A stretch of DNA of 4,271 bases, from IMG/VR virus record IMGVR_UViG_2648501149_000003, one strand, 5' to 3'. Below are positions 1-4,271 of this stretch, piece after piece. Every line of letters begins with the position of its first letter. Position 1 is the first letter of the stretch. The notes under the pieces were generated by a model, which was given only the letters and a program-made list of their open reading frames with translations, had not been told where the DNA came from and did not search any database. The translations under genes were made by a program, and so were the position numbers. The stretch comes from a virus. Lineage: Duplodnaviria > Heunggongvirae > Uroviricota > Caudoviricetes.

Positions 1-336
1 GCTGATTTGAGTCGCTACAGTGGCACGGTGGTTAACCGTCCGACGTTTTTTGCTTTTGCAAAAGGCGCGGGTGTGATGGGGGAAGCAGGACCTGAAGCCA
101 TTCTGCCACTGCGTCGTGGTGCTGACGGTAAGCTGGGGGTTGTGGCGGATATTGGTGGTTCAGGTATGGCGATGTTTGCCCCGCAGTACAACATCGAGAT
201 CAATAACGATGGCACGAACGGGCAGATAGGTCCGGCTGCCCTGAAGGTGGTTTATGACCTTGGGAAAAAAGCGGCAGCGGACTTTATGCAACAGCAGGCC
301 CGTGATGGTGGTCGGTTAAGTGGAGCATATCGGTAA
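1..336 (+). CDS. H: Tail tape-measure protein H, C-terminal ~111 codons (5'-truncated by window edge)
   Basis: Frame 1 is open from base 1 to TAA at 334-336; the ORF-track TTG at 7 is not the real start. The translation (VVNRPTFFAFAKGAGVMGEAGPEAILPLRRGADGKLGVVADIGG...QQQARDGGRLSGAYR) is recognisable as the C-terminus of lambda-type gpH, and it lies directly upstream of M as in lambda. Stop overlaps the M start (TAATG). Confidence 0.82.
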   Translation, partial: ADLSRYSGTVVNRPTFFAFAKGAGVMGEAGPEAILPLRRGADGKLGVVADIGGSGMAMFAPQYNIEINNDGTNGQIGPAALKVVYDLGKKAAADFMQQQARDGGRLSGAYR

Positions 337-665
337 TGGAGACGTTTCACTGGAAAGTGCGCCCGGATATGAATGTGGTATCAGAGCCGAAAGTGGTGAC
401 AGTGAAGCTGGGCGATGGTTATGAACAGCGTCGTGCGGCGGGACTGAATAACCAGTTGTCGACTTACAGCGTGACGATACGTGTTCGTAAATGTGAACAC
501 CCATCTTTAAAAGCCTTTCTGGAACGGCACGGTGGCGTCCGCGCATTTCAGTGGACGCCACCTTATGACTGGAAGCCGATCAGGGTGGTTTGTCGTAAAT
601 GGTCGGCAAGCGTGGGGGCGCTGTGGGTAACCATAACGGCAGATTTTGAACAGGTCGTGGCATAG
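336..665 (+). CDS. M: Minor tail protein M (tail tip assembly), 109 aa
   Basis: ATG at 336 overlaps the H stop (TAATG), with GGAG at 321-324 upstream. The 109-aa product (METFHWKVRPDMNVV...TPPYDWKPIRVVCRKWSASV...ADFEQVVA) matches the gpM family in length and sequence and sits between H and L. Confidence 0.88.
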   Translation: METFHWKVRPDMNVVSEPKVVTVKLGDGYEQRRAAGLNNQLSTYSVTIRVRKCEHPSLKAFLERHGGVRAFQWTPPYDWKPIRVVCRKWSASVGALWVTITADFEQVVA

Positions 666-669
666 GAGG
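664..669 (+). promoter_or_regulatory. Shine-Dalgarno (AGGAGG) for L, overlapping the M stop codon
   Basis: AGGAGG lies 5 nt upstream of ATG 675; the M stop TAG at 663-665 overlaps it. Confidence 0.7.
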
Positions 670-674
670 CTCTG

Positions 675-1373
675 ATGCAGGATATTCCACAGGAAACACA
701 TCATGAGACGACACGCCTCACTCAGTTAGCCCAGGTGGTGCTCTGGGAAATCGATCTGACAGAGGTCGGTGGTGAACGTTATTTTTTCTGTAATGAGCAG
801 AACGAAAAAGGTGAGCCGGTTACCTGGCAGGGGCGGCAGTATCAGGCATACCCCATTCAGGGGACGGGATTTGAACTGAACGGCAAGGGCAGTGCTGCCC
901 GTCCGACACTGACGGTTTCTAACCTGCACGGAATGGTCACCGGGATGGCGGAAGACCTGCAGAGTCTGGTCGGCGGAACGGTGGTCAGGCGTAAGGTTTA
1001 CGCCCGTTTTCTGGATGCGGTGAACTTCGTCAACGGAAACAGCGACGCCGATCCGGAGCAGGAGGTGATCAGCCGCTGGCGCATCGAGCAGTGCAGCGAA
1101 CTGAGCGCGGTCAGTGCCTCCTTTGTACTGTCCACACCGACGGAAACGGACGGCGCTGTTTTTCCGGGGCGCATCATGCTGGCCAACACCTGCACCTGGA
1201 CCTATCGCGGTGATGAGTGCGGTTATAACGGTCCGGCTGTCGCGGATGAATATGACCAGCCGACGTCCGATATCACGAAAGATAAATGCAGCAAATGCCT
1301 GAGTGGCTGTAAGTTTCGCAATAACGTCGGCAACTTTGGCGGCTTCCTTTCCATTAACAAACTTTCGCAGTAA
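675..1373 (+). CDS. L: Minor tail protein L (tail tip protein), 232 aa, with C-terminal Cys cluster
   Basis: ATG at 675 is preceded by AGGAGG at 664-669 (5-nt spacer). The 232-aa product (MQDIPQETHHETTRLTQLAQVVLWEIDLTEVGGERYFFCNEQNEKGEPVTWQGRQYQ...) matches lambda gpL in length and sequence, including C-terminal cysteines C173, C182, C205, C208 and C212. Confidence 0.92.
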   Translation: MQDIPQETHHETTRLTQLAQVVLWEIDLTEVGGERYFFCNEQNEKGEPVTWQGRQYQAYPIQGTGFELNGKGSAARPTLTVSNLHGMVTGMAEDLQSLVGGTVVRRKVYARFLDAVNFVNGNSDADPEQEVISRWRIEQCSELSAVSASFVLSTPTETDGAVFPGRIMLANTCTWTYRGDECGYNGPAVADEYDQPTSDITKDKCSKCLSGCKFRNNVGNFGGFLSINKLSQ

Positions 1374-1378
1374 ATCCC

Positions 1379-2122
1379 ATGACACAGACAGAATCAGCGA
1401 TTCTGGCGCACGCCCGGCGATGTGCGCCAGCGGAGTCGTGTGGCTTCGTGGTGAGAACGCCGGAAGGGGAAAGATATTTTCCCTGCGTGAATATCTCCGG
1501 TGAGCCGGAGGCGTATTTCCGGATGTCGCCGGATGACTGGCTGCAGGCAACACTGCACGGTCAGATTGTGGCGCTGGTCCACAGTCACCCCGGTGGTCTG
1601 CCCTGTCTGAGTGAAGCCGACCGGCGGCTGCAGGTGCAGAGTGATTTGCCGTGGTGGCTGGTCTGCCGGGGGGCGATTCACAAGTTCCGCTGTGTGCCGC
1701 ATCTCACCGGGCGGCGCTTTGAGCACGGGGTGACGGACTGTTACACACTGTTCCGGGATGCTTACCATCTGGCGGGAATTGAGATGCCTGATTTTTATCG
1801 TGAGGATGACTGGTGGCGTCACGGTCAGAATCTCTATCTGGATAATCTGGAGGCAACGGGGCTGTATCAGGTTCCGTTGTCAGCGGCGCAGCCGGGCGAT
1901 GTGCTGCTGTGCTGTTTTGGTTCATCGGTGCCGAATCATGCCGCCATTTACTGTGGTGACGGCGAGCTGCTGCACCATATTCCTGAACAACTGAGCAAAC
2001 GAGAGAGGTATACCGACAAATGGCAGCGACGCACACACTCCCTCTGGCGTCACCGGGCATGGCACGCATCTGCCTTTACGGGGATTTGCAACGATTTGGC
2101 CGCCGCATCGACCTTCGTGTGA
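1379..2122 (+). CDS. K: Tail tip assembly protein K: N-terminal MPN/JAMM (JAB) domain plus C-terminal NlpC/P60 (C40) peptidase-like domain, 247 aa. An alternative internal start at 1523 would give a 199-aa form.
   Basis: ORF 1379-2122. JAMM motif H68-x-H70-x7-S78-x2-D81 (HSHPGGLPCLSEAD, nt 1580-1621) with upstream Glu in AESCG (E19, nt 1433-1435). NlpC/P60-like Cys in VTDCYTLF (C121) and His in PNHAAIY (H187). The internal ATG at 1523 has GGAGG at 1507-1511, whereas ATG 1379 has no obvious SD and lies 5 nt after the L stop. Confidence 0.85.
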   Translation: MTQTESAILAHARRCAPAESCGFVVRTPEGERYFPCVNISGEPEAYFRMSPDDWLQATLHGQIVALVHSHPGGLPCLSEADRRLQVQSDLPWWLVCRGAIHKFRCVPHLTGRRFEHGVTDCYTLFRDAYHLAGIEMPDFYREDDWWRHGQNLYLDNLEATGLYQVPLSAAQPGDVLLCCFGSSVPNHAAIYCGDGELLHHIPEQLSKRERYTDKWQRRTHSLWRHRAWHASAFTGICNDLAAASTFV

Positions 2123-2667
2123 AAACGGGGGCCGAAGCCATCCGGGCGCTGGCCACACAGATCCCGGCGTTTCGTCAGAAACTGAACAACGGCTGGTATC
2201 AGGTACGCATTGCCGGGCGTGATGCAGGCGAAAACGAATTATCAGCCCGTCTTAATGAGCCGCTGGAAAATGGTGCCGTGATCCACATCGTGCCGCGTCT
2301 GGCGGGAGCCAAAAGTAGCGGTGTATTTCAGGCGGTGCTGGGGGCGGCGTTGATTGCGACGGCAAGCTGGAACCCGGTGGGCTGGCTGGGTGCCGCGGCT
2401 GTATCGGGCATGTATGCGGCAGGGGCCAGTATGATCCTGGGCGGTGTGGCGCAGATGCTGGCACCGAAAGCCAGGACCCCAACAACAACCAGCACAGATA
2501 ACGGCAAACAGAACACCTATTTCTCATCACTGGATAACATGGTTGCCCAGGGCAATGTTCTGCCTGTTCTGTACGGTGAAATGCGTGTGGGGTCACGGGT
2601 AATTTCGCAGGAAATCAGCACGGCAGACGAAGGGGACGGTGGTCAAATCGTGGTGATTGGTCGCTGA
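2020..2667 (+). CDS. I: Tail tip assembly protein I (ubiquitin-like N-terminal domain; Gly/Ala-rich hydrophobic middle), 215 aa
   Basis: ATG at 2020 with AGAGG at 2004-2008 upstream. It overlaps the 3' end of K by 103 nt in a different frame, as in lambda. The product begins MAATHTLPLASPGMARICLYGDLQRFGRRIDLRVKTGAEAIRALA and ends KQNTYFSSLDNMVAQGNVLPVLYGEMRVGSRVISQEISTADEGDGGQIVVIGR, as in lambda gpI. Confidence 0.88.
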   Translation: MAATHTLPLASPGMARICLYGDLQRFGRRIDLRVKTGAEAIRALATQIPAFRQKLNNGWYQVRIAGRDAGENELSARLNEPLENGAVIHIVPRLAGAKSSGVFQAVLGAALIATASWNPVGWLGAAAVSGMYAAGASMILGGVAQMLAPKARTPTTTSTDNGKQNTYFSSLDNMVAQGNVLPVLYGEMRVGSRVISQEISTADEGDGGQIVVIGR

Positions 2668-2685
2668 TGCAAAATGTTTTATGTG

Positions 2686-2710
2686 AAACCGCCTGCGGGC
2701 GGTTTTGTCG
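2686..2710 (+). terminator. Terminator-like GC-rich hairpin with U-rich tail in the I-J intergenic region (possible partial terminator or mRNA stability element)
   Basis: Inverted repeat AAACCGCC (2686-2693) / GGCGGTTT (2698-2705) around a TGCG loop, followed by TTTTGTCGTTT. It lies 19 nt after the I stop and before the J SD. Confidence 0.35.
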
Positions 2711-2727
2711 TTTATGGAGCGTGAGGA

Positions 2728-4271
2728 ATGGGTAAAGGCAGCAGTAAGGGGCATACCCCGCGCGAAGCGAAGGACAACCTGAAGTCCACGCAGTTGCTGA
2801 GTGTGATTGATGCCATCAGCGAAGGGCCGGTTGAAGGTCCGGTGGATGGCTTAAAAAGCGTGCTGCTGAACAGTACGCCGGTGCTGGACAGTGAGGGGAA
2901 TACCAACATCTCCGGTGTCACGGTGGTGTTCCGGGCAGGTGAGCAGGAGCAGACTCCGCCGGAGGGGTTTGAATCCTCCGGCTCCGAGACGGTGCTGGGT
3001 ACGGAAGTGAAATATGACACGCCGATCACCCGCACCATCACGTCGGCAAACATCGACCGTCTGCGCTTTACCTTCGGTGTACAGGCACTGGTGGAAACCA
3101 CCTCAAAGGGAGACAGGAATCCGTCGGAAGTTCGCCTGCTGGTTCAGATACAGCGTAACGGTGGCTGGGTGACGGAAAAAGACATCACCATTAAGGGCAA
3201 AACCACCTCGCAGTATCTGGCCTCGGTGGTGGTGGATAACCTGCCGCCGCGCCCGTTCAATATCCGGATGCGCAGGATGACGCCGGACAGCACCACAGAC
3301 CAGCTGCAGAACAAAACGCTCTGGTCGTCATACACCGAAATCATCGATGTGAAACAGTGCTACCCGAACACGGCACTGGTCGGCGTGCAGGTGGACTCGG
3401 AGCAGTTCGGCAGCCAGCAGGTGAGCCGTAATTATCATCTGCGCGGACGCATTCTGCAGGTGCCGTCGAACTATAACCCGCAGACGCGACAATACAGCGG
3501 TATCTGGGACGGAACGTTTAAACCAGCATACAGCAACAACATGGCCTGGTGTCTGTGGGATATGCTGACCCACCCGCGCTACGGCATGGGGAAACGTCTT
3601 GGTGCAGCGGATGTGGACAAATGGGCGCTGTATGTCATCGGCCAGAACTGCGACCAGTCAGTGCCGGACGGCTCTGGCGGCACGGAGCCGCGCATCACCT
3701 GTAATGCGTACCTGACCACACAGCGCAAGGCGTGGGATGTGCTCAGTGATTTCTGCTCGGCGATGCGCTGTATGCCGGTATGGAACGGGCAGACGCTGAC
3801 GTTCGTGCAGGACCGACCATCAGATAAGGTGTGGACCTATAACCGCAGTAATGTGGTGATGCCGGATGATGGCGCGCCGTTCCGCTACAGCTTCAGCGCC
3901 CTGAAGGACCGCCATAATGCCGTTGAGGTGAACTGGATTGACCCGAACAACGGCTGGGAGACGGCGACAGAGCTTGTGGAGGACACGCAGGCCATTGCCC
4001 GTTATGGTCGTAATGTCACGAAGATGGATGCCTTTGGCTGTACCAGTCGGGGGCAGGCACACCGCGCCGGGCTGTGGCTGATTAAAACAGAACTGCTGGA
4101 AACGCAGACCGTGGATTTCAGCGTCGGCGCAGAAGGGCTTCGCCATGTACCGGGCGATGTTATTGAAATCTGTGATGATGACTATGCCGGTATCAGCACC
4201 GGTGGTCGTGTGCTGGCGGTGAACAGCCAGACCCGGACGCTGACGCTCGACCGTGAAATCACGCTGCCATC
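2728..4271 (+). CDS. J: Host specificity / central tail fibre protein J, N-terminal ~514 codons (3'-truncated by window edge)
   Basis: ATG at 2728 with GGAG at 2716-2719 (8-nt spacer). Frame 1 is open to the window end with no stop. The translation begins MGKGSSKGHTPREAKDNLKSTQLLSVIDAISEGPVEGPVDGLKSVLLNSTPVLD and continues ...NKTLWSSYTEIIDVKQCYPNTALVGVQVDSEQFGSQQVSRNYHLRGRILQVPSNYNPQTRQYSGIWDG..., recognisable as the lambda gpJ N-terminal region. The ORF track omits it only because it has no stop in the window. Confidence 0.92.
   Translation, partial: MGKGSSKGHTPREAKDNLKSTQLLSVIDAISEGPVEGPVDGLKSVLLNSTPVLDSEGNTNISGVTVVFRAGEQEQTPPEGFESSGSETVLGTEVKYDTPITRTITSANIDRLRFTFGVQALVETTSKGDRNPSEVRLLVQIQRNGGWVTEKDITIKGKTTSQYLASVVVDNLPPRPFNIRMRRMTPDSTTDQLQNKTLWSSYTEIIDVKQCYPNTALVGVQVDSEQFGSQQVSRNYHLRGRILQVPSNYNPQTRQYSGIWDGTFKPAYSNNMAWCLWDMLTHPRYGMGKRLGAADVDKWALYVIGQNCDQSVPDGSGGTEPRITCNAYLTTQRKAWDVLSDFCSAMRCMPVWNGQTLTFVQDRPSDKVWTYNRSNVVMPDDGAPFRYSFSALKDRHNAVEVNWIDPNNGWETATELVEDTQAIARYGRNVTKMDAFGCTSRGQAHRAGLWLIKTELLETQTVDFSVGAEGLRHVPGDVIEICDDDYAGISTGGRVLAVNSQTRTLTLDREITLP

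Noticed and set aside
15-704. Minus-strand ORFs (66, 81 and 65 aa) antisense to H and M
   Set aside because: Shadow ORFs of H and M; no motifs or start signals.
1114-1503. + strand alternative-frame ORFs (62 aa and 66 aa) overlapping the L 3' end and K 5' end
   Set aside because: Out-of-frame overlaps within strongly supported genes; Arg/Ala/Pro-rich products with no start context.
726-1553. 275-aa ORF on the minus strand spanning L and the start of K
   Set aside because: It lies entirely antisense to two well-supported + strand genes. Its translation is Arg/Pro/Ser-rich and low-complexity with no recognisable motifs, which is typical of a shadow ORF on the GC-rich antisense strand.
1394-1822. 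142-aa minus-strand ORF within K
   Set aside because: Antisense shadow of K; no SD or motif support, and the composition is Arg/Pro-biased.
1758-1994. 78-aa + strand ORF in an alternative frame within K
   Set aside because: Cys/Arg-rich frame-shifted translation inside the K NlpC/P60 region; no support.
1704-2158. Minus-strand ORFs (121 aa and 78 aa) within the K/I region
   Set aside because: Antisense shadows of K and I; no independent evidence.
2252-2596. 114-aa and 62-aa minus-strand ORFs inside I
   Set aside because: Antisense to the Gly/Ala-rich part of I; Pro/Ser/Ala-rich artefactual translation.
2712-4146. Minus-strand ORFs (129, 66, 81 and 108 aa) inside the J region
   Set aside because: All lie antisense to the continuous J reading frame; J is missing from the ORF track only because it has no stop in the window.
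1-4271. The possibility that the window encodes a novel defence or accessory system (toxin-antitoxin, CRISPR, retron, anti-phage island)
   Set aside because: Every substantial ORF is accounted for by the canonical lambdoid H-M-L-K-I-J tail tip module in the correct order and orientation. There are no repeat arrays, no reverse-transcriptase, nuclease or ATPase signatures, and no unexplained intergenic space beyond the 60-nt I-J spacer.
1-4271. Chi sites (GCTGGTGG) or other obvious repeats
   Set aside because: Visual scan found near-matches only (e.g. ACTGGTGG near 3078) and no exact Chi octamer on either strand. No direct or tandem repeats of note were seen beyond the short I-J hairpin.

Overview
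This window is a contiguous, same-strand (+) block of the tail-tip assembly module of a lambda-like (lambdoid) siphovirus or prophage, in the canonical order H(3' end)-M-L-K-I-J(5' part). I recognise the proteins by direct reading of the translated ORFs; no search was run. Genes are tightly packed (H/M share TAATG; K and I overlap by 103 nt in different frames), which is typical of a late phage operon. I see no tRNA, rRNA, CRISPR array, IS element or integrase signature. I do not find an undescribed system: this is a well-characterised module. The points worth a second look are: (1) the K protein's N-terminal JAMM/MPN metalloprotease motif, including its upstream Glu, sits partly upstream of the shorter start codon (the 199-aa form, which I recall is the one annotated in lambda), so the 247-aa ORF from 1379 is probably the real product; (2) the K (JAB + NlpC/P60) and I (ubiquitin-like) pair; (3) the Cys cluster at the C-terminus of L, consistent with the Fe-S site reported for lambda gpL; (4) a terminator-like hairpin inside the operon between I and J. 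All minus-strand ORFs in the track are shadow ORFs of the + strand genes.
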